Shown here: piece by piece, positions 17,790-27,476 of the stretch
How the letters are laid out: every line of letters begins with the position of its first letter
How positions within the stretch are numbered: position 1 is the stretch's first letter
The notes under the pieces: generated by a model
Databases searched by the model: none
Seen by the model: only the letters and a program-made list of their open reading frames with translations
What the model was told of the DNA's origin: nothing
Source: a virus
Lineage: Duplodnaviria; Caudoviricetes
Virus record (IMG/VR): IMGVR_UViG_2865833183_000001
Location: 19,743-83,742 of that record
Direction: 5' to 3' (one strand)
DNA: 64,000 bases
Made by a program: the position numbers and the translations under genes

Positions 17790-19832
17790 ATGACTACCGC
17801 ACCGCACCCCATCCGCCAGCCCAACCTGAGCCTCGTCAAGGAGCCGGCCGAGGCTTCCCCGGCCGTCGAGGGGACCGTCGTCAAGCACCAGGGCGAGATC
17901 GTCCGGCCCGCGTGGATCGAGTCCGCGGCAGCCCGCATCGAGCGCGCCAAGGATCACGCGATCGACAACAAGCTGTACGTCGGCTGGTCCGTGCGCGGCT
18001 ACAAGAACCTCGCCTCCCGGTGGCTCGACGTGTGGCGCGACGACTACCCGCAGATGATCGCCACCGCCAAGGCCGAGCGGAAGGACGCCAAGGGCGACAG
18101 CGGCGCCGAGAAGGCCGCACACAAGGCAGTCAAGAACCTGCGTGCCGAGTCCCGCGAGCACAAGCTGTGGCACGCCGCCAAAACCGGCGGATGGACCGTC
18201 GCAGCCGCGGCCGGTACCGCCGCAGGCGTGATGGTCGGCGGCACCCTGGTCGAGGCATGCATGGCGGTCGGCGCCTACGCCGTCGGCGTCTGGCACGGAC
18301 GGCCCAGCCCCGGCGAGGCTCCGCTGCAGCTGACAGCAGTCGAGGGCCAGCCGGCCCTCACCGAGGAGCGGCTGGCCGAGGCCATCAACAGCATCGGCTT
18401 CCGCGGCGCCATTCGGGTCCTGTCCGCATCGCCGTGGGGCGCGGATCGCACCGCCACCGTCGTGTTCGACCTGCCGCCCGCTGTGACCGTGACCGCGCTG
18501 AAGAAGCGGGAGGAGGCGCTGGCCGCGTTCCTTGGCCTCGACTCGTCGATGATCGACATCACGAAGGCGGGCGCCGCCGGGCGGGCATCGCTGTGGATGA
18601 CCGACCGGGACCCGTTCGAGGCGCCGCGTCCGTCACCCCTGATGGACATGCGCGGGGGGCTCGATGCCTTCAAGGTCGGGGTGCCAGTCGCGTTCAACAA
18701 GCGCGGCATCACGATCAACTTGGCCATCAACAACTGCTCGTTCGTCATCGCAGGCATGACCCGCTCCGGTAAGGGCGTCGGCGCCGCCAACCTCGTCGCT
18801 GGGGCCGCGATGGACGTGCGGATCAACCTGCGGATCGTGGCCGGGAAGACCAACGGTGAGTGGGACGCCGGTGCGAAGGCCGGGGTCGTCGCAACATACT
18901 TCAAGCCCAACCCGCAGCGGCTCCTGAACCTCCTTGAGGCCCTGATCGCCGACATGAACCGCCGCAACAAGATCCTCGGCGAGATCGGCAAGTCGAAGCT
19001 GACAGTGGAGACCATCAACCGTCTCGGCGGCATCGAAGTGCTGGTCATTGACGAGCTGGCCACATTCACCCGCCCCGGTCTGCCGCTGCGGGACGAGATT
19101 CTCGAAGCCCTGATCAAACTGTCCGCTGTAGCGGCCGGCGCCGGGATCCTGATGGTGCTGATCACCCAGTACCCGGAGGTCGACGTCATTCCCCAGGGCC
19201 TGGCGATGAACTGCGGTGCCAGGTGGGCCATGCGCGTCGACAACGCGACCCAGTCCAACGCCATTCTCGGCGGCAGCGCCAGCGGCAGCGGCAGGGACGC
19301 GTCCAAGTTCGACCCGCCGATGCCGGGCCTGGGCTGGCTGGTCAATCCGTTCGCGGGGGTCACCGACAAGGCGCGCAGCTTCGACCTTGACGAGGACGAG
19401 CGGGGCGAGGTCACCGAGCTGATGCAGCGCGCGGCCCAGCTCCGCGAGGCCGCCGGCCGTCTGGTGGGTCAGTGGGAGGACCCGATCGAGCGGGCCCTGA
19501 TCAACGCCACCGGCCTGTCCTCCGCGGCTGGCGGGCCGAAGCGTAACGGCGAGCCGGGCCTGGAGGTGCTGCACATGACCCCGGAGCAGAAGCTCCAGCT
19601 CGATGCGGCACTCGGCGCGCTGGAGGCCATGGACCGGCTGGGTCGGGACGCGGCTCAGTTGGATGAGATGGCTGAGCTGATCGGCGACATGACGGGGGAG
19701 CGGCTCGGCGAGCTGCTTCGGGCGGCCGGGGCGGGCGGCACGATCAAGGTCACGATCCCGGGTCGGGGCCGTGTCAACGGCTACCGGCGGGAGGACATCG
19801 CCGGCGCCGTGAGGTACCTCCAGGGCGACTGA
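17790..19832 (+). CDS. traB: FtsK/SpoIIIE-family TraB-like DNA translocase
   Basis: TM segment, Walker A GMTRSGKG, Walker B LVIDE, ITQYP, C-terminal wHTH ending NGYRRED. Confidence 0.85.
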   Translation: MTTAPHPIRQPNLSLVKEPAEASPAVEGTVVKHQGEIVRPAWIESAAARIERAKDHAIDNKLYVGWSVRGYKNLASRWLDVWRDDYPQMIATAKAERKDAKGDSGAEKAAHKAVKNLRAESREHKLWHAAKTGGWTVAAAAGTAAGVMVGGTLVEACMAVGAYAVGVWHGRPSPGEAPLQLTAVEGQPALTEERLAEAINSIGFRGAIRVLSASPWGADRTATVVFDLPPAVTVTALKKREEALAAFLGLDSSMIDITKAGAAGRASLWMTDRDPFEAPRPSPLMDMRGGLDAFKVGVPVAFNKRGITINLAINNCSFVIAGMTRSGKGVGAANLVAGAAMDVRINLRIVAGKTNGEWDAGAKAGVVATYFKPNPQRLLNLLEALIADMNRRNKILGEIGKSKLTVETINRLGGIEVLVIDELATFTRPGLPLRDEILEALIKLSAVAAGAGILMVLITQYPEVDVIPQGLAMNCGARWAMRVDNATQSNAILGGSASGSGRDASKFDPPMPGLGWLVNPFAGVTDKARSFDLDEDERGEVTELMQRAAQLREAAGRLVGQWEDPIERALINATGLSSAAGGPKRNGEPGLEVLHMTPEQKLQLDAALGALEAMDRLGRDAAQLDEMAELIGDMTGERLGELLRAAGAGGTIKVTIPGRGRVNGYRREDIAGAVRYLQGD

Positions 19833-19835
19833 TAG

Positions 19836-19981
19836 TGCCCGGACACCCCCGGACACTGCCCTAGTTCATCCCGATATATCCCCCGGTCAGAGGCCGGACA
19901 CGGGGCGGACAGCACCCGGACGCGACCCGGGTCACGTCCACCCCCTGTCCGGGGGCTGTCCACGCTCCCGACCGGGGGACA
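19836..19981. repeat. Candidate clt locus (8-mer repeats CCCGGACA-like)
   Basis: CCCGGACA 19838, 19848; GCCGGACA 19893; GGCGGACA 19904; CCCGGACG 19915; inverted TGTCCGGG 19946. Confidence 0.6.
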
Positions 19982-20016
19982 AACTACCGCAAACGGCTCA
20001 CTTGAAGGAGATCAAC

Positions 20017-20421
20017 ATGCCCACCGTCTACCGCAACAACCGCCGCGACATGAAAGCAATCCAGCGTGTCCCCACGGGCACCACCCTGTACGTGATCGAG
20101 GAAGTGTCCCGACGCGTCGCCCCCTACGAGGACCCCCGGCTCTGCGCCCGCTACGAGGTCACCCACACGCACCCGCTCCTGGGCGGGGCCATGGTCGGCT
20201 CCAAGAGCGTGGAACAGCTGCTGGCCGAGCACGGCACCGTCTACACCTCCCAGCCCAAGGGGGTTCGCGGCATGTGGGAGCCCAGCCCGCAGGTCGCCGG
20301 GCCGCTCGGGAACGACACCGAGCGGTACTTGGACGAGACCGAGATCCGCGGGCTGGCGAAGCAGGTCCGAGACGCCAACGACGACCGCCGCAAGGCCAAG
20401 CGGCGCGGCCGGTGGATCTGA
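20017..20421 (+). CDS. Hypothetical protein
   Basis: AAGGAG RBS. Confidence 0.65.
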   Translation: MPTVYRNNRRDMKAIQRVPTGTTLYVIEEVSRRVAPYEDPRLCARYEVTHTHPLLGGAMVGSKSVEQLLAEHGTVYTSQPKGVRGMWEPSPQVAGPLGNDTERYLDETEIRGLAKQVRDANDDRRKAKRRGRWI

Positions 20422-20582
20422 TGGCCGCGACCACCGGCCGGGAGCAGCTGCTCGCCGAGGCGCGCCGCACCTGGGCGGCATACGAGGCCAGCGGCACCGA
20501 CGAGGACTACGTCGCCGCCCGCGCCGCCACAACAGACGCCCGCAAGGCCGGGATCACCCTTGAGGAGATCCGCGATCAATAG
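20421..20582 (+). CDS. Small hypothetical protein
   Basis: TGATG coupling. Confidence 0.5.
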   Translation: MAATTGREQLLAEARRTWAAYEASGTDEDYVAARAATTDARKAGITLEEIRDQ

Positions 20583-20681
20583 CGGACCGGGCACCACCGA
20601 GCATCCCCGACGCGGGCCGCCCACTCTTCGCCCCGCCCAATCCCCGTCGTCATCACCGATCAATCCCAAAGGAGCACAGCC

Positions 20682-20876
20682 GTGAAGAAAAAGATCACCG
20701 CCACGACCGAGAACCGGGTCGGAGTAGCTGTCCGCGTCTTCGAGCGGAGGGATAGCAATGGCTACCTCCTCAGCGACGGGTGGGAATGCGGCGGATGCGA
20801 CGAGGGTGGCAGCAGCTACAGGGCGCGCGAAGAGGCCCAGAAGCACGCGAAGACCTGCTCGTTCAGTAAGCCGTAG
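20682..20876 (+). CDS. Small zinc-finger-like protein
   Basis: WECGGC...AQKHAKTC. Confidence 0.6.
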   Translation: MKKKITATTENRVGVAVRVFERRDSNGYLLSDGWECGGCDEGGSSYRAREEAQKHAKTCSFSKP

Positions 20877-20912
20877 CCCCCTGACGCAGCCGGCATCGAC
20901 GAAGGAGACCCA

Positions 20913-21104
20913 ATGCCCGATCTAGAGATCACGCACCAGTCCGTGCGCGACTACATCGCCGCGAAGAAGCGCGGCGACGAGAAGACCAGCGGTCGCATCA
21001 AGGACGAGGTCATTGCCCGCTTCGAGACCCGCATCACCGACGGCACCGAGCTCGTGGAGCTGGGGCGAGCCATCGAACGCTTCCACCTCGGCGAAGACCT
21101 GTAG
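20913..21104 (+). CDS. Small hypothetical protein
   Basis: AAGGAG RBS. Confidence 0.6.
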   Translation: MPDLEITHQSVRDYIAAKKRGDEKTSGRIKDEVIARFETRITDGTELVELGRAIERFHLGEDL

Positions 21105-21190
21105 CTCAGCCGGGGCGCCCCGCATCGCCTGGACAGCACCGGGGCGCCCCACCCCTCCCCGTCACCACGAAGGCCGTAGGAGGCCACTAG

Positions 21191-21805
21191 ATGACCACAG
21201 CCATGCCCGATGCGGCAAGCCTGGATCAGGCCGCCGCCCGCATGTACAAAACCCGGCCCCTCACTCCCGCCGACCGCCGGGCATTCGACGCCATCGCCGC
21301 CGACTACCAGCGCACCGCCCCCGCCGCGCCGGCCTCGCGGAAACTGCTGACGAAGACGGTGGACGAGCTCGTCGAGGAGGCCCTCGGCGGCATCAACCCG
21401 CACGGAACCCGGCCCCCGATCGATGTCCGTCTCCCCGGCCGGCTCGCCGCGGTCCTGCCGGACTGGGCGCACCGTGGGCGGCGCCGGGACTGCACCCACC
21501 CGCCGTCCACCCAGCTGTACGTGGCCGCGGCGATCCTGCGCGAGTGGGGCTGGCAGGCGAAGCCGCACAAGCTACGGAACAAGCGCGGGCAGCGCTGCAT
21601 CTGCGGGGCGCTCGTCACCACCGTCGCCCTGGGCGTCGGCACCATGTCCGGCGCCGAAACCGCCGCCTGGCACGTCCTCGGCGTGCTGCGCGACCAGGGA
21701 TGGACCCGGCTGATCGGGGACTGGAACAGGCAGTGCGGCAGCCCCGAGAAGGCCATCGACGTCACCCTCACCGCCTACCACCGCGCCGTCAGCGCAGGCC
21801 AGTAA
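21191..21805 (+). CDS. DUF6197-like protein
   Basis: LREWGW...RCICGAL...IGDWN. Confidence 0.65.
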   Translation: MTTAMPDAASLDQAAARMYKTRPLTPADRRAFDAIAADYQRTAPAAPASRKLLTKTVDELVEEALGGINPHGTRPPIDVRLPGRLAAVLPDWAHRGRRRDCTHPPSTQLYVAAAILREWGWQAKPHKLRNKRGQRCICGALVTTVALGVGTMSGAETAAWHVLGVLRDQGWTRLIGDWNRQCGSPEKAIDVTLTAYHRAVSAGQ

Positions 21806-21821
21806 ACCGAAGGGAACCCCC

Positions 21822-22127
21822 ATGGGTTGGAGTACCAGTCACGACACCGCCTACCGGTCCGCCGACTCTGTCTCGGAGGTAGGCAGGCACGTTGCGAACG
21901 TGCTCTCCGCCAGGGACTGGCGGGCCGTACACAAGCTGTTCAAACTCGCCAACCGTGCTGACGGGCCGTTCACGATCTCCTCCCGCGACGCTGGGCGAAT
22001 GGCGGCAGCCCTCGGCAAGGCGGCCGGTCACTCGCTGATGCCGGTTGCCTGGCGTGGTGAGGTTTCGGCGCTGGCCGACGCCGCGCAGTGTGCGGCTACC
22101 GCCCGCCAGCCGTGGGAGTGGAGCTGA
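21822..22127 (+). CDS. Hypothetical protein
   Basis: MGWSTSH...PWEWS. Confidence 0.65.
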   Translation: MGWSTSHDTAYRSADSVSEVGRHVANVLSARDWRAVHKLFKLANRADGPFTISSRDAGRMAAALGKAAGHSLMPVAWRGEVSALADAAQCAATARQPWEWS

Positions 22128-22684
22128 TGAGCAACCCGTGGAAAAGCGCCCGCTCGGTGGCCGACCTGGGCAACCTGATGGCCGACTGGCTGGAGGGCCG
22201 GATCCCGACACGGCCGGGGTACTGCGACACACAGCCGGACGAGGAGACCAACCATCTCATCCCCGTGCTCGCACCCGCATGCCGGGCCGGGCTCGTCACC
22301 ACGAACTCACAGCCCGGCCACCCGCCGGTGCGTGGCTACGACGGGCGCACGTGGCGGCAGCGGGCATTCGTCGAGGGCTGGATCGCCGACGGCGCACTCC
22401 TCGCCCGGATCCGTGCCGCAGCGAAGCGCGCTGGGATGACCGTGGTAGCGCACGGCCCCAGCAGCCGTGGCGGCGACTGGATCCCTCTCACCGACGCCGA
22501 CGACGAGATTCAGATGGCGGCGGGCGACTACCCCGGCCACCGCCGAATGATCAACACCGAGTGGCGTGGCATCGGACGCCATGCCACCAACGAACTCTGC
22601 CACGCCACCCATATCGATCTCATCGATCCGGTGTGGGGCCGTGACGACCGGCTGTGGCCCGCACTCGCCAACGTCATCCGCTGA
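22127..22684 (+). CDS. DUF6919-like protein
   Basis: WLEG...PDEET...GLVTTNSQPG...QRAFVEG...DPVWGR. Confidence 0.65.
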   Translation: MSNPWKSARSVADLGNLMADWLEGRIPTRPGYCDTQPDEETNHLIPVLAPACRAGLVTTNSQPGHPPVRGYDGRTWRQRAFVEGWIADGALLARIRAAAKRAGMTVVAHGPSSRGGDWIPLTDADDEIQMAAGDYPGHRRMINTEWRGIGRHATNELCHATHIDLIDPVWGRDDRLWPALANVIR

Positions 22685-22701
22685 CATCTCCAAGGAGAGC
22701 T

Positions 22702-22896
22702 ATGCCCCGCTACACCGTGAAAGCGGAAATCACCCGCCCCCTGGGGCTACCGAACAAGACGGTCGCCATCCAGGTCGACGTGGACACCACCGACCCCCTC
22801 GACGACCGGATCATGCAGGCGGCCTCAAAGAAGGCCACCGCCAAGTACGGCTGCGCCCGGCTCGTGTCGATGACCGGACCCAGCGTCAGGTGCTGA
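22702..22896 (+). CDS. Small hypothetical protein
   Basis: AAGGAG RBS. Confidence 0.5.
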   Translation: MPRYTVKAEITRPLGLPNKTVAIQVDVDTTDPLDDRIMQAASKKATAKYGCARLVSMTGPSVRC

Positions 22897-22931
22897 CAGC
22901 ACACCGCCACCTATCCCGGAAGGACACGCCC

Positions 22932-23132
22932 GTGAACAAGCGACTTGCCGCCGCTCTCCGCCGTGACGACGCCCGCGAGGCCGCCGGGATGCACGCGGAC
23001 GAGCGGGAGACCTGCCACACCCACCAGTGCTGGGCCACCGAATGCGAAGACCGGCACCAGCGCCCGACCGCCGGACGGCTGCTCGCCGAAGCCCGCGAAC
23101 TTGACCGCATCCGTTACAACGCCCGCAAGTAG
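22932..23132 (+). CDS. Small hypothetical protein
   Basis: AAGGA RBS; CHTHQCW...C...H. Confidence 0.55.
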   Translation: MNKRLAAALRRDDAREAAGMHADERETCHTHQCWATECEDRHQRPTAGRLLAEARELDRIRYNARK

Positions 23133-23147
23133 TAGAGGAGAACCCCG

Positions 23148-23363
23148 ATGCCAGACATGTGGAAAGGCAAGCTACTGCCCGAGCGGCGCCCCGTCCACGA
23201 AGAGATCCACTACCGGCTGTACGACGGCCGCACCGGTCAGCTGCTCAGCTTCAGCTCCACGAACAGCTTCAACGCCATCGTCGCCGACATCCTCGCAACC
23301 CAGCGCGAACACCCCAACGCCCGGATCGTCGGTGCCCAAGTCAACGGCCCCGCCTACACCTGA
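23148..23363 (+). CDS. Small hypothetical protein
   Basis: GAGGAG RBS. Confidence 0.6.
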   Translation: MPDMWKGKLLPERRPVHEEIHYRLYDGRTGQLLSFSSTNSFNAIVADILATQREHPNARIVGAQVNGPAYT

Positions 23364-23381
23364 CCAGGAAGGAAACAACCC

Positions 23382-23675
23382 ATGACCGTCACCATAGAGC
23401 AGATCATCGACCGCTACGCCAAGCCCCTCGCCGTCGTCGCCGACAAGGACGAGGCGCCCGCCACCGACGTAGACGAGCTCATCGACCAGCTCCAGGACGC
23501 CAGCCGGAACTTGGGCCTCGCCCACTTCGACACCGACGACGTGGACGCCGCCGCCACCTACCTCACCGACGCCCGCACCAGCAGCGGACGCGAGCAGCAG
23601 GTGCTTCTGAATAAGGCCGACCAGCGGCTGCGGAACGCCTGGGATCTGTTCGACGAGTACGCGCTGATGGTCTGA
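23382..23675 (+). CDS. Acidic hypothetical protein
   Basis: GGAAGGA RBS. Confidence 0.6.
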   Translation: MTVTIEQIIDRYAKPLAVVADKDEAPATDVDELIDQLQDASRNLGLAHFDTDDVDAAATYLTDARTSSGREQQVLLNKADQRLRNAWDLFDEYALMV

Positions 23676-23712
23676 CCTGCCGCATGCCACGGCCCCGCCC
23701 AACGGGCGGGGC

Positions 23713-23898
23713 CTACTCGTGCCCGGCGCCAGCAGGCTGCGGGGCCGGTGCTGGCCGAGCCCGCGCCATCCACCGGTCCCGGCCCACCACCCGCGACGGG
23801 CGACCCAACGGCACCAGACCCAGCGCAGTACACGCCCGCTCCAGCTCGGCCCGAGCCTCATCCTCCGACTCCGCCAGCACCGTCCACGTCACGCCCAT
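23713..23898 (-). CDS. Small hypothetical protein
   Basis: MGVTWTVLAESEDEARAELER...; convergent on hairpin at ~23691-23713. Confidence 0.5.
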   Translation of the reverse strand: MGVTWTVLAESEDEARAELERACTALGLVPLGRPSRVVGRDRWMARARPAPAPQPAGAGHE

Positions 23899-24073
23899 AC
23901 AAGACAGTGTGGCCGCGCGAGCCAGGTGATGCGGGGCGAAACACTCAAACGAGGGGCGGCACCTGTGCGGAGGTGCCGCCCGAGTGCAGCGCCCCGGGGC
24001 TGTCGGGACACGCATGCACAATTGGGGCAGCGCCACCAGCACCTCGAACCACCCGTGCCACCGAGGAGCCACC

Positions 24074-24763
24074 GTGAACCACGCCGCCGAGGAATACGCC
24101 TGGCCCACCTGCACCGCATGCGGACGAGACCTGTGGGAGAGCGAAGCCGGACGCCTCGCCTGCCGCCCCTGCGAAACCCGCACAGGCGAACGGCTCGGCG
24201 AACTCGCCACCATCTTCCAGCAGATCAACAGCAGTGCGGCCCTGATGCGCGGCGCCCGCCGCGGCGGCGCACCCACCTCCGGCAGCAGAACACCGCCGAT
24301 CCCGCCACGCCTTGAAGTTCTCTCCCTCGCGGCCACCGGGGGAGTAGCCACTCGACTCCGCGACATTGAAGATGCGTGGCGGGCCGCCCTCGCCTGGACC
24401 ATCGCACCCTGGCGCGGCAGCCCCGCCCAGGCGGTGCCCGAGCACCTGCGGTTCCTCATCAACAACCTGCCCTGGGCCTGCGACGCCTACGAATCCGTCG
24501 GCCAGGACGTGGAAGAGATCCGCCAACTCCACGCCGAGTGCAAGCAAGCACTGACGCACGACCGGAAACCCGGCCGCGTCAGTGTCGGCGTCTGCCCCGT
24601 CGTCGTGGACGGTGAACTGTGCGGGGCACAGCTCACCGCATCCGCCGCGAACAGCCGCATACGGTGTGGCACCTGCGGCGCCCAGTGGGACGACATGTGG
24701 GGCTGGCGAGAACTCCGGCAGGCACAGGAAGCCGTCGCCTCGGCAGGGAAGAGGGCGGCATGA
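24074..24763 (+). CDS. Zinc-finger protein, probable late-gene regulator
   Basis: CTAC...CRPC N-terminal, CP...CGA.L...CGTCG.QW C-terminal; position just before late region. Confidence 0.65.
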   Translation: MNHAAEEYAWPTCTACGRDLWESEAGRLACRPCETRTGERLGELATIFQQINSSAALMRGARRGGAPTSGSRTPPIPPRLEVLSLAATGGVATRLRDIEDAWRAALAWTIAPWRGSPAQAVPEHLRFLINNLPWACDAYESVGQDVEEIRQLHAECKQALTHDRKPGRVSVGVCPVVVDGELCGAQLTASAANSRIRCGTCGAQWDDMWGWRELRQAQEAVASAGKRAA

Positions 24764-24909
24764 ACCACCAGCAGGTCATCCAATCCGCCATCATTTGGCT
24801 CGCCGCCATCTCGTCCGTAGCGTGCGCCATCAGCGCCCGGCGACACGCCGCTCGAGCACGCGCTGCCCTCGACAGGACGCGGGCTCTATACGACAGGCGG
24901 CGGCCGTGA
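24760..24909 (+). CDS. Small membrane protein
   Basis: ATGA overlap; one TM then basic tail. Confidence 0.5.
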   Translation: MNHQQVIQSAIIWLAAISSVACAISARRHAARARAALDRTRALYDRRRP

Positions 24910-25199
24910 CCGAGGACGACGACGCCCCAGTGCAGCCCGCCTCCACCAGTTTGCCCATCGTCACCGCCACCGACGGGCAGCCCTACCTCGGCTGCGATGC
25001 CGTGCTCGCCCTGCTACGGGCCATCGCCGAGTCCTGCCGCAACCTCGCCAGCGAACCCGACTGCGGCCTCGAATCAGCAGCTGCTGCCATCGACTACGAG
25101 GCCGATGCGCTGGAATGCCACTGGAGCCGCAACGTGAGCGAAATCGACGCTTGGTTGACAATCGCACGAACCGAAGTCATGATCTGCTCAGATAGCTGA
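24906..25199 (+). CDS. Hypothetical protein
   Basis: GTGA overlap; 3' end overlaps putative promoter. Confidence 0.5.
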   Translation: MTEDDDAPVQPASTSLPIVTATDGQPYLGCDAVLALLRAIAESCRNLASEPDCGLESAAAAIDYEADALECHWSRNVSEIDAWLTIARTEVMICSDS

Positions 25200-25237
25200 A
25201 CTTCGCGCTGAGGCCACCCCACACCGGGTGGCCTTCG
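25155..25237 (+). promoter_or_regulatory. Putative late promoter with leader hairpin
   Basis: TTGACA-N17-CATGAT (25155-25183); hairpin GAGGCCACCC...GGGTGGCCTT. Confidence 0.6.
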
Positions 25238-25255
25238 TCATTCCTGGAGGTGGCC

Positions 25256-25495
25256 ATGGCCTCCACGATCGCGCTCGCCACCGCCGCAGACGTCGCCTAC
25301 TGGACCGGCCGCCCCGTCGGCACCATCTGGCGATGGGCATCCGAAGGCCGCATCACCGTGCACGGCCACGGCAAGGCGGCCCGCTACAACCTCATGGAGA
25401 TCGACCCCGCCAAGAGGGACGAGGACGGCAACGTCACCGAACCCACCCCCGCACCACCCATCACCGGCTGTGTCCGCATCGACAACGCCACCTAA
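25256..25495 (+). CDS. Small HTH DNA-binding protein
   Basis: TAADVAYWTGRPVGTIWRWASEGRI...ARYNL. Confidence 0.65.
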   Translation: MASTIALATAADVAYWTGRPVGTIWRWASEGRITVHGHGKAARYNLMEIDPAKRDEDGNVTEPTPAPPITGCVRIDNAT

Positions 25496-25708
25496 CGACT
25501 CCTCGCGGGCTGGTCGAGCAGTACCGGGGTGGTGGCCGCTCTCGCCCGCGAGGAACAGCGCCTGCTCTGCGGGGGCAGGCCGGACGCCATCCCCCCAGTA
25601 CGGCGTCCCGTCCGCCCGGTCGACTCGTCACGGCCGGGCGGACCCCAACACCCGTCGCCCGAAGGACCGCGGCCGGGCGGCGGGCCAGACCACAGAAGGG
25701 TAGGAACT

Positions 25709-25795
25709 GTGCAAGAGCCGTGGCGCTCAGCGCTCGCCTTCATCCTCGTCATCGCCGCACTGCTACTCCTCCTGCGGCTCTTCCACGCCATCTGA
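25709..25795 (+). CDS. 28-aa hydrophobic peptide
   Basis: AGGA RBS + GTG; single TM. Confidence 0.35.
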   Translation: MQEPWRSALAFILVIAALLLLLRLFHAI

Positions 25796-25812
25796 GAAGG
25801 GCGGCCCGCGCC

Positions 25813-26598
25813 ATGGCAGACGACCTGCTCGTCATCATCCCCACCCGCGGCCGACCCCAGGCCGTGCCCGAGATCGTGCAGGCGTGGGACGACACTGGGG
25901 CCACCGCGGACGTGCTGTTCGCTGTTGACACCGACGACCCGGAGCTGGCCGCGTACAAGAAGCACGCCGCTGCCCTCAAGAGCGATGGGCGGGTCCGTTT
26001 CACGTTCGGCAAGCGGCGCCGGCTGTGCGGCACCCTCAACCAGCAGGCCCTGAAGGCGGCCAACCAGTACCGGTTCCTCGGCTTCATGGGTGACGACCAC
26101 CGGCCGCGCCCGGCCGACCGGCCGTGGGATGCACGCATCCGGGAGTGCCTCTCCGGCGGCCCCGGCATCGTGTACGGCAACGACCTGCTCATGGGGGAGC
26201 GGATGCCGACAGCGGTGGCGATGACATCGGACATCGTCAGCACGCTGGGCTACTTCGCGCCGCCCGTGCTCACCCATCTTTGCCTGGATCTCTGCTGGCT
26301 GGACTGGGGTCGCGGCATGGGCCGCATCACCTACCTCGACGACATGGTGATAGAGCACCTCCACCCCGCAGCAGGCAAGGCCGAGCTCGACCAGGGTTAC
26401 GAGGAGGCCAACAGCAGCGAGCAGGTGTCTGCCGACTCGGCCGCCTACTACGAGTACCGGGACGGCGGCGGGCTCGAAGCCGACCTGGACAAGCTGCGGA
26501 AGCTCGTCGCCTACAGCCACGGCGGGACTCTCATCCCCGGCCAATCAGTGGCGGTCAACACCAGCGGAGAACCTGAGACTGTCGTGAAGGGGACCTGA
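25813..26598 (+). CDS. Glycosyltransferase family 2
   Basis: LLVIIPTRGRP, VDTDD, FMGDDH, EHLHP motifs. Confidence 0.85.
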   Translation: MADDLLVIIPTRGRPQAVPEIVQAWDDTGATADVLFAVDTDDPELAAYKKHAAALKSDGRVRFTFGKRRRLCGTLNQQALKAANQYRFLGFMGDDHRPRPADRPWDARIRECLSGGPGIVYGNDLLMGERMPTAVAMTSDIVSTLGYFAPPVLTHLCLDLCWLDWGRGMGRITYLDDMVIEHLHPAAGKAELDQGYEEANSSEQVSADSAAYYEYRDGGGLEADLDKLRKLVAYSHGGTLIPGQSVAVNTSGEPETVVKGT

Positions 26599-27464
26599 TG
26601 CGTGTCCTCCTCACCGGTCACCGAGGCTTCATAGGCAGGCACCTGCACGCCGCCCTCCAGGACCGCGGCGACTACGTCGTGACCGTCGACCTCAAGAATG
26701 GGCACGACGCCCTCGACTACTTCCGCACGGCAGACGTCAGGTACGACCTCGCGATCCACTGTGCAGCGGTCGTCGGCGGCCGGGCCAGCATCGACGGCAG
26801 CCCGCTCGGCGTCGCCACCAACCTCGCGTTGGACTCCTGGTACATGCGGTGGCTCGCCCGCACCCGCACCCCGAGGGCGGTGTACTTCAGCAGCAGCGCG
26901 GCGTACCCGGTGGCGCTTCAGCAGCCCGGCGAGGTGCGGCGGCTACGCGAGGACGACATCGACTACGAGCAGCCAGGGCGCCCCGACGCAACCTACGGGC
27001 TGACCAAGCTGGCGGGGGAACAGCTCCGCCAGTACGCGGCGGCCGAGGGCACCCGCATGACCGTGCTGCGGCCCTTCTCGGGCTACGGCGAGGACCAGGC
27101 CAACTGCTACCCGTTCCCGGCGTTCATCCGGCGGGCACGCGAGCGGCAGGACCCGTTCGAGATCTGGGGCGCGGGTGACTCGACGCGCGACTGGATCCAC
27201 GTCTCGGATCTCGTCGGGGCCACACTGGCAGCCGTCGACCAGGACGTCACCGGGCCGGTCAACCTCGGCACCGGGCGGGCAACCAGCTTCGACCAACTCG
27301 CCCAGATGGTGACCGAAGCGGCGGGCTATCGGCCCGAGCTCAAGCACCTCGCCACGGCGCCGCAAGGCGTCCACCACCGCGTGGCCGACCCGAGCCGCAT
27401 GCTCGACTTCTACCAGCCGAAGGTGACGCTCGAAGAGGGAATCGCCCGGGCCTTGGCCGCCTGA
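26598..27464 (+). CDS. NAD-dependent nucleotide-sugar epimerase/dehydratase
   Basis: TGHRGFIG Rossmann motif, SSSAAY, YGLTK (YxxxK), RDWIHV. Confidence 0.92.
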   Translation: MRVLLTGHRGFIGRHLHAALQDRGDYVVTVDLKNGHDALDYFRTADVRYDLAIHCAAVVGGRASIDGSPLGVATNLALDSWYMRWLARTRTPRAVYFSSSAAYPVALQQPGEVRRLREDDIDYEQPGRPDATYGLTKLAGEQLRQYAAAEGTRMTVLRPFSGYGEDQANCYPFPAFIRRARERQDPFEIWGAGDSTRDWIHVSDLVGATLAAVDQDVTGPVNLGTGRATSFDQLAQMVTEAAGYRPELKHLATAPQGVHHRVADPSRMLDFYQPKVTLEEGIARALAA

Positions 27465-27476
27465 CGGAAGGGGGGC

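Noticed and set aside
16896-19856. Long minus-strand ORFs opposite spd/traB (similar ones opposite portal, TROVE and others)
   Set aside because: Antisense shadows expected in high-GC coding DNA; no motifs or RBS
25500-25555. Degenerate tRNA or SRP RNA
   Set aside because: No T-loop consensus and no SRP GGAA/AGCAG domain; only a terminal stem
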